From positions 4,224,001 through 4,288,000 of the forward strand of contig JASGJH010000001.1 in assembly GCA_047601445.1 (NCBI GenBank): 64,000 nucleotides of DNA, read 5' to 3'. The notes below the pieces were generated by a model that was not told the origin of the DNA, made no database searches, and saw only the letters and a program-made list of their open reading frames with translations. Numbering within the stretch: position 1 is the first letter of the stretch; each line of letters starts with the position of its first letter. The translations under genes and the position numbers were made by a program. Positions 30,018 to 42,832 of the stretch are shown here, piece after piece. Source of the DNA: Myxococcales bacterium. Lineage in GTDB: Bacteria; Myxococcota_A; Polyangia; Polyangiales; DASUME01.

Positions 30018-30197
30018 CCGCCATCCCCTACTGCGCTTCGGGCTCGCGGACAGTCACAGCGATGGCCCTATACACTGACAGTCGCTCGCAGTCGGTTGTC
30101 AGCGAATCGATCGCGCCATGTCATTGGCATCTTCGACCTCCATCTCTAGGCTCGTCGTCGTGTCGACAGCCGCGTGCTGCGGCGCGCCGGAGGCACC

Positions 30198-31394
30198 TTG
30201 AGTACGCTAACTTTGCTCGCTCTGTATGTGCTTGCGATGACAGCGCTGGTCGTCGCCAGCGTCACATCGCTGCTCTTCCTGTTCTGGCGCGCCCATCTCT
30301 GGTACTGGTCGCGCAGCTTGGCCGTCGACGCGCAGTACGTCGAGCAGATAAGCGCGAAGCTCAGCGACGGTGGAGCTGTGGAATTGCGTCGACTGGCGTC
30401 CACAGAAGACGGCTTGTCGGCGCCAATCGAGCGCGTTCCCGTTTTGCTCGTTCACGGACTCGCCATGCGCGAGACTTGCTTCGACCTCGGGGAGACCTCC
30501 TTGGCCCGCCACCTACAGCGCGAAGGATTCGACGTCTGGCTGCTCACACTCCGCTCAGGCCGTGGCGCTCTCTGGCCCTTCGGTCCCAAGCACTGCCATT
30601 TCGCTGCCATGGTCGCTCACGATCTACCTTACGCGGTGGACGAGGTGCTCAGGCGCACAGGCGCGAAGCAGCTGGACATTGCGGCCCTGTCGATGGGTGG
30701 CATGATCGTCTACGCCAGCCTGGGTCGGAGCCTCGAGCGGGAAAAGGTACACCGCGTCGTCCTGTTTGGAGCGCCTGGGCAGATTCGGCCGTTGGGTCCG
30801 CTCAACTGGTCACATTTGATTCCAGTCAACTGGGTGCTGCGAGTTCCGATGCGAGGGTGGCTCCAGACCGTTGCCTTCGCGCCGCGCCTGGTCGTGAGCC
30901 GGCTATGGCGCTTCCTCTACAACCCCCGCAACCTCGAGCCAGAGTTGGAGCGCAAAATGCTGTGGAACATCTGGGAGGGGATTTCAGGGCCGCTCGGGCG
31001 TGATTTCGTGAAGTTCTCTCGCGCAGGAGGCACCATCTCGGTCGACGGACGACCCGTGCTGGAGGGACTCGCTCGCATCGACGTGCCGGCCTTGTTCTTC
31101 GCCGGGAAGGTCGATGGCCTGGCACCCGAGTACACCGTGCGGGCTGGCTTCGACGCCTGGGGTCGCGATGTGCCCGCGGTACGCAAGGAGTTCGTGCTTT
31201 TGGGGCGGGCGACGAGCGGCTCGGAGCACGACTATGGACACTGCGACATCGTCATCGGACGCAACGCGGTGCGAGAGGTGTTCGCACCCGTGGTTAGCTT
31301 TCTGTCAGAGGGTCAGCCACGACGCATGCGCACGTCGGGATACGCTCCGAGAGCCGGTGACGACCAGCGGTCCGGGCTCGCGCTGGAGATGTAG
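30198..31394 (+). CDS. Alpha/beta hydrolase with N-terminal membrane anchor
   Basis: GGAGG + TTG 30198; PVLLVHGL, DLP.AVD, LSMGG nucleophile, GKVDGLAP, DYGHCD. Confidence 0.85.
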   Translation: MSTLTLLALYVLAMTALVVASVTSLLFLFWRAHLWYWSRSLAVDAQYVEQISAKLSDGGAVELRRLASTEDGLSAPIERVPVLLVHGLAMRETCFDLGETSLARHLQREGFDVWLLTLRSGRGALWPFGPKHCHFAAMVAHDLPYAVDEVLRRTGAKQLDIAALSMGGMIVYASLGRSLEREKVHRVVLFGAPGQIRPLGPLNWSHLIPVNWVLRVPMRGWLQTVAFAPRLVVSRLWRFLYNPRNLEPELERKMLWNIWEGISGPLGRDFVKFSRAGGTISVDGRPVLEGLARIDVPALFFAGKVDGLAPEYTVRAGFDAWGRDVPAVRKEFVLLGRATSGSEHDYGHCDIVIGRNAVREVFAPVVSFLSEGQPRRMRTSGYAPRAGDDQRSGLALEM

Positions 31395-31462
31395 AGCACC
31401 CGCGCCCCCCACTCATCATGACTATGCCCGTGGCGGGATGGGCGCCCCGGCTTGGCGGTCTC

Positions 31463-32542
31463 CTAGCGCTTCAGGCTCGTGCGGTACTCGGACGGCGTCA
31501 TACCCGTCCACCGTTTGAACGCGCGGAAGAACGCAGCAGAGTCAGAGAAGCACAATAGGAACGAGATCTCGCTCGACGCCACGTCGGGCCTCGTCAGCAA
31601 TTCGATCGCGCGCGCCTTTCGGACCTCGTCGAGCAGCTCCGAGAGAGTCGTCCCCTCATCCTTCAGCCGTCTACGCAGGGTCGACTCGCTGATCGAAAGA
31701 CTCTGCGCGACCTGCCCCATCTCGACTACGCCCGCAGCCATACCCCTGAGCAACGCCGCGCGCGCGAGCGTGGATACCAAGACTTCCGCTCCGGCCTCCC
31801 TCAATTGAGCCTTGGCTTGCTCCTCGAAGACCTCGTTGAGCTCCCGGTCTGCCTGAGGCATGGGCCAGTCCAGCCGTTCGACAGGAAAGCTGCACCCTGT
31901 ATACGCGCAGCCAAACGTGACCGGGCAGCGAAAGAGCCGTTCGTATTCGCTCAAGTTCGTGCGGTCCTCGTGCGCGAAGAACAACTCCGTGAGAGGCTCG
32001 TCGCGGCCGAACAAGATGAAGACAAAGCTCTTGAGGTAGCTGATCATGAAGTCGTGGGCCGCCGGGTGCTCCCTAAGTCCGTACAGCAGCCGATAGCGCC
32101 AGGTGGCGGTCCGCTTCTCTTCATGTAGCTCGACCTCAGCCCCATTGTGCATGATGCGGTGGTAGCGAGAGACGCAGTGCGCGGCTTCGCGCATCGTCCT
32201 GCAGGACCGGGCCGCAAACTCGAGGGCGTCCATGTCTCCGAGCTGTACATTGCGGCCCGCCTTGAGCCCCAGCTGCGGATCTCCAAGGACCGCCACGATG
32301 TTCGCGAGCAACCGCATCGTCGTGGCGTGTGGTACCCGAGCGTCCGGCTTGCGCAGCTCCTCGAAGTTCAGGTTCTCCGCGAACAGAAGCCGAATATATC
32401 GAGGGTCGGCGCCGCACGTCCGAATGAACGGCCAGAAGAAACGGACCGAGAGGGAGACTTTCTCGTGCTCGCGTTGCGCTGCCACGGTTCTCGCTAAGTC
32501 TTCATGCTGGCGCGAAACCCACCATTGACGCAAGCGCGCCAA
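31463..32542 (-). CDS. AraC-family regulator (VirS/OruR-like)
   Basis: DPQLGL, YERLFRCPVTFG, STLRRRLKDEG, FSDSAAFFRAFKRWTG. Confidence 0.92.
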   Translation of the reverse strand: MARLRQWWVSRQHEDLARTVAAQREHEKVSLSVRFFWPFIRTCGADPRYIRLLFAENLNFEELRKPDARVPHATTMRLLANIVAVLGDPQLGLKAGRNVQLGDMDALEFAARSCRTMREAAHCVSRYHRIMHNGAEVELHEEKRTATWRYRLLYGLREHPAAHDFMISYLKSFVFILFGRDEPLTELFFAHEDRTNLSEYERLFRCPVTFGCAYTGCSFPVERLDWPMPQADRELNEVFEEQAKAQLREAGAEVLVSTLARAALLRGMAAGVVEMGQVAQSLSISESTLRRRLKDEGTTLSELLDEVRKARAIELLTRPDVASSEISFLLCFSDSAAFFRAFKRWTGMTPSEYRTSLKR

Positions 32543-33033
32543 CCGTCACTGTGCGAATCCACACCACCACTCGACCACGCCGCGTCGGCTTAATCCAGTA
32601 CCCTGCACCTCTGAAACATTTCTAAACATTGGCTCCAGCGACTGCGGCTCCGCTGCCCTCCAACACGCCTCCTCGATGATCCGCTGACGCGAGCGATACT
32701 GCCCGGTGTCTCGCCGGTCAGCGGAACGAACGCATGGGATCCCGATAGTCGACCCGAGTCCACGGCCGCCTGGCCGAAGAGCGGTTCGGGCGTAGTGCCC
32801 TGGTGCAAGAGAAATGCTTGGAGCTCCCGGAGAAGGTAAGACGACACTTCCATCGAAGCAGCTTAGGACGCCGCGATGAATGACTTCGATAGCGCCGAAA
32901 GTCATTCGACTAACCTCGGGCGTCAGGCATGCGTGTCGTCAGCGCACCAAAGAATGGCGCTGTCGGACCTGGTCCATGGCGCGCGCAATGGGCACGAATG
33001 GAGGCGACCGTTCCTTTCGAAAGGTGTTGTCTC

Positions 33034-33894
33034 ATGAAGTCACTTGCAGGCAAGGTGGCCGCGATCACCGGCGCGGGTTCCGGCATCGGGCGCGCCACGG
33101 CAGCGCTACTGGCCAGACATGGATGCCATTTGGCGCTTTCGGACGTGGACTCGGCAGGACTCGCCCAGACTCTGAAGGACTGCTCCGGATCAGGGGTCCA
33201 AATCAGCGCAACGCTCGTAGACGTCGCGGACCGTGAGGCCATGCACGGGTGGGCCGACCTCTGTGTACGGCAACACGACAAGGTCAACCTGATCCTCAAT
33301 AACGCCGGCGTGTCCGTAGCTGCGTCCGTCGAGGGTATCCGTTACGAGGACTTCGACTGGATCATGGGAATCAACTTCTGGGGCGTCGTACACGGAACCA
33401 AGGCATTTCTCCCGCACATCAAGCGTGCCGGCGAGGGAGCGATCGTGAATGTGTCCAGCGTGTTCGGATTCATCGGAATTCCAGGCCAATCCTCCTATAA
33501 CGCCTCCAAGTTCGCCGTGCGCGGGTTCACCGAAGCGCTCCGCGCAGAGCTCGACATCGAGGGCACGGGCATCGGAGTGACGTGCGTTCATCCTGGAGGT
33601 ATCCGTACCAACATCGCGCGCAACGCTCGCGTGACGGAGCACGAGGGGCTCATCGACGAACGCTCGACGCTAGAATTCGAGAAGGTACTGCGCACATCTT
33701 CCGAGACTGCAGCGAAGAGCATCGTCCATGGCATCCTCAAGAACCAGCGCCGGGTCCTGATCGGCGTCGACGCCGTCGCCATCGATCTGATGCAGCGCTT
33801 CATGCCGACAGGCTACCAGGCGGCGATCGCTGCTGGCGGTAGGTTGCGCAAGCGCCAGATGCTGCCCAAGGCAGGAAAGGCGCTGACCCCATGA
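33034..33894 (+). CDS. Short-chain dehydrogenase/reductase
   Basis: TGAGSGIG, NNAG, NVSS, YNASK, VHPGGIRT. Confidence 0.95.
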   Translation: MKSLAGKVAAITGAGSGIGRATAALLARHGCHLALSDVDSAGLAQTLKDCSGSGVQISATLVDVADREAMHGWADLCVRQHDKVNLILNNAGVSVAASVEGIRYEDFDWIMGINFWGVVHGTKAFLPHIKRAGEGAIVNVSSVFGFIGIPGQSSYNASKFAVRGFTEALRAELDIEGTGIGVTCVHPGGIRTNIARNARVTEHEGLIDERSTLEFEKVLRTSSETAAKSIVHGILKNQRRVLIGVDAVAIDLMQRFMPTGYQAAIAAGGRLRKRQMLPKAGKALTP

Positions 33895-35534
33895 CGCCCA
33901 AGCCCTCGCCCCATGGGACCAAGCCAGATCATGACATCCTCATCATCGGGACCGGATTCGCCGGCCTGGGTATGGCGATTCAGCTAAAGAAATCCGGCTT
34001 CCATGACTTCGTGCTGATCGAGAAGGAACCAGACGTCGGTGGCACGTGGTTGGTCAACCGCTACCCGGGGTGCGCATGCGATGTCCAATCGCATCTGTAC
34101 TCGTTCTCTTTCGAGCCGAATGCAGATTGGTCCCGTGAGTTTGCGACCCAGCCGGAGATCCTTGCCTACCTTCGGCGCTGCACCGACAAGCACGCCCTAC
34201 GCAGCCACGTTCAGTTTGGCACGCAAGTGGTCGGCGCACGCTACGACGACCAAGCTCAGGTCTGGCGCATCATCCTCGCGAGCACCGACGAGGTCGACGC
34301 CGTCGTGAAACAGCTTGGACTGAAGCCAGGCGAAGTGCCGGCCTCGGAAGCCGCAGTGGCCGAACTGCGCACGCGCACTGTCAGCGCGCGCGTCCTAGTG
34401 TCTGGTCTCGGCGGCCTCTCGACGCCAGCTTATCCGAATCTACCCGGCATCGAAGACTTTCGTGGCGTCACCTTCCACTCGCAGCGGTGGCGCGAAGACT
34501 ACGACTTGCGCGGCAAGCGTGTGGCCGTGATCGGAACGGGTGCTTCGGCGATCCAGTTCGTACCACAAATACAGCCCTTGGTGGCTCAGCTCGACGTGTA
34601 CCAGCGCACGCCCCCCTGGATTCTGCCGAAGTTTGACCGCTCACTCGGATGGCTGGAGCGCTGGTTCCTGCGCAACGTGCCTGGCGTTCGTGCTCTGCGA
34701 AGGCTCGCACTGTACCTGCGGCTGGAAGCACGGGCAGTCGCATTCATGCACGCCACCTGGCTGCTCGCGTTCGCAACGCTGCCTGCAAGGCTCTACCTGC
34801 GCCTTCGGGTTCGTGACCCGGTGTTGCGAAGAAAGCTCACTCCCAAGTATTCCGTAGGCTGTAAGCGTGTTCTCCTCTCGAACGACTGGCTCCCGGCCCT
34901 TACTGCACCCAACGTATCCCTCGTGAGCGAAGGTGCGGCCAGCGTAAAGCAGCACTCGGTGGTCGATGCGAGCGGCGTCGAGCGGCCCGCAGACGCCATC
35001 ATTTTCGGCACCGGTTTTCGGGTAAGCGACCCTATTCCGTCGGGACTCTTGCGCGGTCGCGATGGACGCGACCTCGCGGCGGAATGGAAGGAGAGCGGCC
35101 CCGAGGCATACAAAGGTACCACCATCAACGGCTTTCCAAACCTGTTCGTGCTCGTGGGGCCGAACACGGCCATCGGCCATACCTCGCTGGTCTACATGAT
35201 CGAGTCGCAAATCCGCTACGTAATGAGCGCACTCGAGTACATGCGCAAACAGGGTGTGGCAACGCTCGAAGTGAAGCGGGCTGCTCAGACCGAGTTCAAT
35301 CGGGAGATCCAGCGGCGCTCAGCTGGCACGGTGTTCACCGCAGGCGGGTGCCGAAGCTACTACCTAGACGCCAAGACCTCCAAGAACATCGCGATCTGGC
35401 CTGATTACAGCTTCCGTTTTCGTCAACTAACGAGGCGCTTCGACCCGCAGCAATACCACCTGTCTCCGGCGACCTGTGCGCAGGCATCGCCGTTCGCTTC
35501 GGCTGACCGTCCGCCGCGCGACGCCTTGGCCTGA
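33891..35534 (+). CDS. Flavin-containing monooxygenase (type I Baeyer-Villiger-like)
   Basis: GTGFAG, GGTW..NRYPGCACD, FRGVTFHSQRW (FxGxxxHxxxW), GTGASA, FGTGF; ATGA overlap with SDR. Confidence 0.93.
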   Translation: MTPKPSPHGTKPDHDILIIGTGFAGLGMAIQLKKSGFHDFVLIEKEPDVGGTWLVNRYPGCACDVQSHLYSFSFEPNADWSREFATQPEILAYLRRCTDKHALRSHVQFGTQVVGARYDDQAQVWRIILASTDEVDAVVKQLGLKPGEVPASEAAVAELRTRTVSARVLVSGLGGLSTPAYPNLPGIEDFRGVTFHSQRWREDYDLRGKRVAVIGTGASAIQFVPQIQPLVAQLDVYQRTPPWILPKFDRSLGWLERWFLRNVPGVRALRRLALYLRLEARAVAFMHATWLLAFATLPARLYLRLRVRDPVLRRKLTPKYSVGCKRVLLSNDWLPALTAPNVSLVSEGAASVKQHSVVDASGVERPADAIIFGTGFRVSDPIPSGLLRGRDGRDLAAEWKESGPEAYKGTTINGFPNLFVLVGPNTAIGHTSLVYMIESQIRYVMSALEYMRKQGVATLEVKRAAQTEFNREIQRRSAGTVFTAGGCRSYYLDAKTSKNIAIWPDYSFRFRQLTRRFDPQQYHLSPATCAQASPFASADRPPRDALA

Positions 35535-35547
35535 GTATCGTCTCAGG

Positions 35548-36726
35548 TCAAAGGATCACGACATCTTCACATGCGAAGCTCGCGTTCAGTGTGACCTTGG
35601 GGTTCTGCCTCAACTCATCGCAGGCCTTTCCGACCAAACGCAGCGTCTGTAGGTCCGCCTCGACCTCATAGCCGTCGTTGCCATTGCATTCCAGGGCCTT
35701 GCCATTGAGCGAGACCTCACCGGCACACTCGCGACCGGCCACGATCGTCCCTTCGAGCTTCACGTCGCAACTCACGGTGCCGCCGATGATCTTCGTCAGC
35801 GCGGCCACCAAGCCGTTCTTGTCCTCTGGGCGGAATGCCTTCTCACCGGTAGCACCGGCCTTCGCCACATCTTCGAGATGGGCGGCCACATCGGCGTCAT
35901 TGCCCGCCAACGAAATTGCGAAGGTCTTGATCCCTTGCTTGGCAAGGTCGGTCACCGTCGCTACCGCTTGCATGTCGGTGGCTTCCGTCGCCGGAACGCC
36001 ATCGTGAAAATCGCATAGGTTGGGCTTCCCGTCCGTTGCCAACACCACGTAGGCAGGCCCTTGCTGCGCGGACGGCTTGGAGGCCTTGATTCGATTGCTC
36101 AGCTCGATCAGCGCATAGTGCGTCGGTGTGCTCGCGCCAGTTTGGTTCGCGGGGTAAGCCGTGGCGATCGCGCCTGCATTGTTGAGTGTCGGGGCCACCT
36201 CGATGGCCCGCGGACATACTCCGGGCACGTATACACCGGGAGCGGACAGGCCACCGTCGTAGACGTACAGCCCGAACGCAACGCTTTCCTGAAGCTTGGA
36301 CACGAGGCCCCCGCTCTGTGCCACCAGAGCGTCGCGAAGGAGACTCCAGCGCGACGCCCCGCCAGCGGCGAGCGGCGCGGCCATGCTCCCGGAGCCATCG
36401 ACGAGTAGCCAAACGGTTGGAATGACGCGCTGCACGTCCAGCTCGGCGCGCGCACAGGTCCCGGGTCCTTCTCCGTCTCCTTGTCCGGGCGCGTCGTCGC
36501 CGGTGCGATCGCCGTCGCCGGATCCGTCGTCACCACTTCCGTCTCCGTCGCCGCTCCCCGTTTTGCCTCCGTCGTCGACTTCGCCGGATAGGCCGCCGCT
36601 ACGCCCGGGAGGCTTGTCCGGTCCCCCGCAGCTCACCAAAACGGCGAGTGCGGATGGAAGCAGAACGCCATTCGTCAGGCGGGTCAGCGAGCAGACGTTG
36701 CAAGACCAAAATGCGTGATGAAGCAT
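35548..36726 (-). CDS. vWA-domain lipoprotein
   Basis: LVSC lipobox; GDGD linker; MIDAS DGSGSM, STPT, LATDG; start uncertain. Confidence 0.82.
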   Translation of the reverse strand: MLHHAFWSCNVCSLTRLTNGVLLPSALAVLVSCGGPDKPPGRSGGLSGEVDDGGKTGSGDGDGSGDDGSGDGDRTGDDAPGQGDGEGPGTCARAELDVQRVIPTVWLLVDGSGSMAAPLAAGGASRWSLLRDALVAQSGGLVSKLQESVAFGLYVYDGGLSAPGVYVPGVCPRAIEVAPTLNNAGAIATAYPANQTGASTPTHYALIELSNRIKASKPSAQQGPAYVVLATDGKPNLCDFHDGVPATEATDMQAVATVTDLAKQGIKTFAISLAGNDADVAAHLEDVAKAGATGEKAFRPEDKNGLVAALTKIIGGTVSCDVKLEGTIVAGRECAGEVSLNGKALECNGNDGYEVEADLQTLRLVGKACDELRQNPKVTLNASFACEDVVIL

Positions 36727-36794
36727 GCACTGATCTATCGCTTCAAATCTTCGAGGGAGACAATGACAGCAGCTAGTCGAGAACGTGACACGAC

Positions 36795-39700
36795 TCAACT
36801 CGACCGCTTGCCGCGCGCTGCTTGAGTACGCTCGCTGCTCGCATCATTTACGTGGTCCAGGAGCGCATTGCTCGACGAGGCGAGCGCCAGCTGCATGGAG
36901 GCCCCGAGTTCCGGGGGCCCGAGCATCCGATGGACGAGCCGATCGGCGCGGGCGATCAGAGCAGGATTGCCCGAAGCCCGGAATTGCTGTTCGCTCGCAC
37001 GAACCGCCTGCTCGCACGCCGAAAGGTCCTCCATTTCCCAGGCGACCCGCGCCTGCACCTCGTACACGGCTCCGAGCAACACGGGATGTGCCGACGAGCG
37101 AAGGCGCTTGCGGAGGGCGTCGATCCGCTGCAGAGCGACTTCTGAGCGACCGAGCCGCGCCGAGGCCAAAATGTGCTGAAGCTCGACTTCCGTGAATAAC
37201 GTGGCGTAGGCCTCATCCGCCTCGGTCAGCTGGGGCAGGATCGCATTGCAGGCCTCGAGAGCGCGCGCGTGGTTGCCGTTTTCGTTGCTAACGCGCGCGA
37301 TCAGGCCGTGGGTGAGGGCCCAGCCGACGAAGCTGCGCGGAGCACGTTCGGCTAGTACCTCCATGATCATGGCTTCCACATGCTCGGGTCGCTCCCCTCC
37401 CACCACCGCGAGCGCGCCGGATGCCAGCCGCGCGTACAGCGCGAGCGAAGGGGCTCGCTTGCTCGCCGACTCCAGCCGGTCTCGAACTCTTTGTAGAGCG
37501 ATTGCGTCCGATGCCGCCACGTGGATCGGGATCAGCGCCGCAGCCTCCCACATCTCGACTTGCCAAGCGGAGCCGGTGTGCGCCGCGTGAAGCTCCACCT
37601 GTTCTCGATGGCGCTCGGCCTCTGCCTGCTGGCCGCGGTTTTCGTAGTAGAGAAACCGGAGCTCACTCGCGATCATCCTATAGAAATTGAGACCGCTCCC
37701 ATCCAACGCCGCCGCGCTCTCGAGTGCCGCGCTCCCGTCGGCCTGAAAGCTGGCGAGAGCCCCCCGCGCGAAGTGGCAGCCTGCCAGGAACAATTCACGC
37801 GCTGGCTGCTCGATGAGCCTGTAGAATCGGGGATCTTGAAAGTTCCGAATCAGCGTCTCGAAGGCTACCTGAGCCTCCGCGGGTCGCTCACGACCAATCT
37901 GCTCCAGGGCGCGGCAGAAGTCGTAGGCGCCGCGCGCAGACGCGCGCCTGGGAAGGCAAGCGAAGGGGGCCAATGTGTCGGCGATTCGGCGGGCATGGTC
38001 GGCGTCGAGCACGACGATGGACGAGGCCGTCAGCGTGCTCGTCGTTCCGATGAGATGAAACACGGCGTCGACAAAGGAGTACGTGCGCTCCCGACGTGGC
38101 GCCGAGTAGAACCTGATACAAGCCCATCCAACAGCGATCGCCAGGGCAACGAGTGGCCCCCAAAAGCGCTGAAGGCGCCTGGCGAGTGCGACCCCAGTCA
38201 CTTGCTCCACCGCGTCGAGCGCTTCTTCCCCGTAGCGCTCTCCCCAACTGCGGTCCTCGTAGTACGCGGCATGTGCCAGCGCGCTCAGCAGGGGCACCCT
38301 CTCGTAGACCGAAAGGCGGTGCCGTCGATAGACGAGCAGCGCGCTTTCGAGCGCGTGGCCCATGTAGTTCAGGTTGGCGATCATCCTTTGCGTCGCCACG
38401 ATGTCCGAGCAAACTCGCGCGATCAATCGGGCGCCCGCCAGCTCCTGGCCGCCCTGCATCAGATGCCACCCGGCCTCGATGCGCAGGGTTCGGTCGTCGT
38501 CCTCATGGGCCACGAGTGTGAGCACCTCCCCCAGGCGGCGATGCGTGTGGCGCAGGTCGATTTCGTCCATCCTTCGAGTCATGGCCTCTCTTACGGCGAG
38601 GCTGCTGAAGCGATAGCGCCCTTGATCCACTTGCAGCACATCCCATCGGACAAGCTCGCCGAGCAGGGCCTGTGCAGGGACCGACGTTTCGCGCACCAAG
38701 CGCTGACATAGGCCAATCGTGGGTTCTAGACGCAGCAAGGCAATGCCGCGAACGAGGGCGGTCGCTTCGGCGCTGAGTGGAGCAAACCGATCCATGAGGG
38801 CGTCGTCGAAGAGATCGGGCAGCTGCGCGTCCGGTCGGTGCTCGGGCAACACCCAAAAGCCGTTCAGATACCGTATCTGACCACGTGCCATGAGCTGACG
38901 CACGATCTGCAGACAGTACAGCGGAGCACCCATGGTGCGCTGATGCAACCATTCCGCGAATCGTGGTGCGCACGGGGCATCGCCGAAGGCCGAGCGAATC
39001 CAGGCCAACGTCTCGTGGGGCGCAAACCCCGCAAGCAGTACGGGGACGGTGGAGTTGCGCAGGGCGGTGAGGCCGATCGATCGGAGCTGCTCGCCGGACG
39101 CGCGCTCAGTGACCGCGAGAAGGAGCCGGTGCTGGGGTGCAAGGCGCGCGAGCGACGACAGAACTCCGAGACTCGCGTCATCGGCGTGCTCCACGTTGTC
39201 AACTCCGATTACCACTGGCCGCGATTTCGTTAGCTCTGCGAACCATTGCTCGATGGCGAGCCCACAGCTCGAATCCGCCTACCATCGGGGGTGAACTTGA
39301 CGCTGGCAGGAGGTCTTCGACATCCCTCCCCAGTGCCGCCAGCGCTGGCCGGCAGAAACGAGAAGCCATTCGTGCAGCGTCGGGAGCGAGCTCGAACGCG
39401 CGTAACACAAGCGCGCGCAACGTCGCATAAGGACGACGCATCATGCTCGCGTCCACCTCGAGCACGCAAGCGCCCCCCATCCTGGCCTGAAGCATCTGCT
39501 CGTCGAGCAACCGGGAGCGGCCCACGCCCGGCGGCCCCTCCACTCGATATGCACCGCCGCCCTCGGTGAGCGCTCCTTTGGCAGCCCTCGACAGGATGTT
39601 CATCTCGCGCTCGCGGCCGATGAAGGCGGGTCGACGCAAGAAGCTCTCGGCCAGCCGCGCCGCATCCTCCTCGACCTCGGGAGCCAGATTCCCGATGACG

Positions 39701-40548
39701 TTGAGACGCGCGATCACTTCTGCTGCGCTGGCGGGACGGGCGAGCGGGTTCCTGCTGAGTAAGCTCATTACGAGTGCGTCGAGGTCTTCCGGCACACTGG
39801 GAGACCAGGCGGAGGGCGGGGGCGGGTCAGTCTCCCAGATCCGCTCCAGTTCCTCGACCCGCCGCGCGGGATAGGCGTGCCGCTTGGTCAGGATCCAGTA
39901 CGCGAGAGCGCCGAGGGAATACAGGTCGGCGCGCTGGTCCAAGGGCGCACCGAACCATGCCTCCGGGGGAATGCACGGCGCGGTCCCCACAATCTCTCCC
40001 CGATGGCCGAAGGACGCAAGGGCACCGAAGTCGAGCAGCTTGGAGTGCCCGTCCGGTGTGCGTCGCACGTTGTTTGGACTTACATCGCGGTGAAGGAGCC
40101 GGCGAGCATGCAGGAGCGCGAGCGAGGTCGCGACGTCGCGCAGGCAAAAACACGCTTCGCGGCACTCCATGGGCCCAACACGGCGAAGGTCCTCGCCTTG
40201 CAAGAGCTCCATCGTGTAGAAGTTCCCGAGCTCGTCGCTGCCATAATCGAAGGCTCGGATGATGCGGGGATGGTCCAACGAGGAAAGCGCCTGATACTCG
40301 CGCTCGAGGGCACGCAGTCCCGCGCTGCCTGCGCTCTCGAGCTTCACGCGCTTGAGCGCCCTCTCCTCGCCGGCCAGATGATCGAACACACGATAGACGA
40401 CGCCCATGCCTCCCGAGGCCAGCTGCTGCAGGACTTCGTAGCGGTCCTTTCGTGCGGTGGGCGCCGAACCACTCGCCGGAGTCGAGTCCGAAGTGAAGGG
40501 TCCGCGCTCTTTGGAGGAAACGTCGTGCACAACCGTTCGAGGGTGCAC
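36795..40548 (-). pseudogene. Ser/Thr protein kinase - AAA ATPase - helical repeat protein, split by a +1 frameshift
   Basis: Kinase ASGGMGVVY, ALK, HRDVSPNN, DFG, PPE; Walker A GPPGVGRS in ORF 39199-40689; Walker B VVIGVDNVE in ORF 36795-39215; start uncertain. Confidence 0.85.
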
Positions 40549-40707
40549 TGTATCATTTGGTCGATGCCTCCTTGAAGTGGCGGCCCCGGGCTGGACGCGC
40601 CAATGCGAGACGCCGTACACACTCGGCTGCGCAGCAGTGAGCACAGTTCTTGTCCGGCAGTCTGCTGGAAAGGTCGGCCAGGTACCCAAGCGGGCGGATT
40701 TTGCGAT

Positions 40708-42093
<1,386 letters not shown>

Positions 42094-42211
42094 GACAAAC
42101 CTCTCAAGAAGGCAAGGAGCAAGTGACTAAGTCCTGATAGAACAGGACCATGTCACAGAGGCTCATGCAGCTCGCGCCGTTAGCTGCGCAGGGTGCGCCA
42201 ACGGAACAGTC

Positions 42212-42730
42212 TCACATGCGCTGAGTCGGCTCACTTCCCGACGCGAGTGCGGCCGCATTGCGTGCTGCGTTGAACAGCAATTGCTCCGCAAGACCGTCGG
42301 CCAACAGGGTTTCGATGCGCGATCCCAGAAAGGGCACGGGTACCTTTGCAGTGACTTCGAACGTGGACTCGTAGCGGCAGCCCGCGGAGCTCGGTTCGAG
42401 GAAACTGCGACCACTCGCTCTACCAGGCATGCCTTGTACTTCGACGGCAAACTCGGCGACCCATCGCTTGCCCTGCCTACGCCAGTAGGTTTTTTCGGTG
42501 GCCCAATGCGTCGGCTCGACCCACCCCTTGACGAAGTGAGGCAGGTCAATGGTGCGCTGACGCGCGATGGTCAGCCGGAACCCACCATCCACCTCATCGA
42601 GCTGGATGTCGATCTCGCGGTCGCCAGCAGCTGCACTGCGATCACGCAAGAAGCCCGGATCCAGAACTAGCGCCGCGACGCGATCGGGGTCCGCGGCGTA
42701 CTCAAAGGAAATGCGACGTGAGACGGTCAT
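42212..42730 (-). CDS. DUF2505/SRPBCC-like lipid-binding domain protein
   Basis: YAADPDRVAALVLDPGFL...LPHFVK...VTAKVPVPFLGSRIE pattern. Confidence 0.7.
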   Translation of the reverse strand: MTVSRRISFEYAADPDRVAALVLDPGFLRDRSAAAGDREIDIQLDEVDGGFRLTIARQRTIDLPHFVKGWVEPTHWATEKTYWRRQGKRWVAEFAVEVQGMPGRASGRSFLEPSSAGCRYESTFEVTAKVPVPFLGSRIETLLADGLAEQLLFNAARNAAALASGSEPTQRM

Positions 42731-42832
42731 GGGGCGGTCGTCCCACGGACTCACGTCACCGGCATTGACCGCCAGACACCCAATCTGGTGACCTGATAAC
42801 AGCCTTGGGCGTGAGGCGTTGCACCCTCTGCA

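Noticed and set aside
37521..38711. Long antisense ORF (also 51523-52617, 18386-19366, 9609-10586)
   Set aside because: They overlap well-supported genes; expected in high-GC DNA
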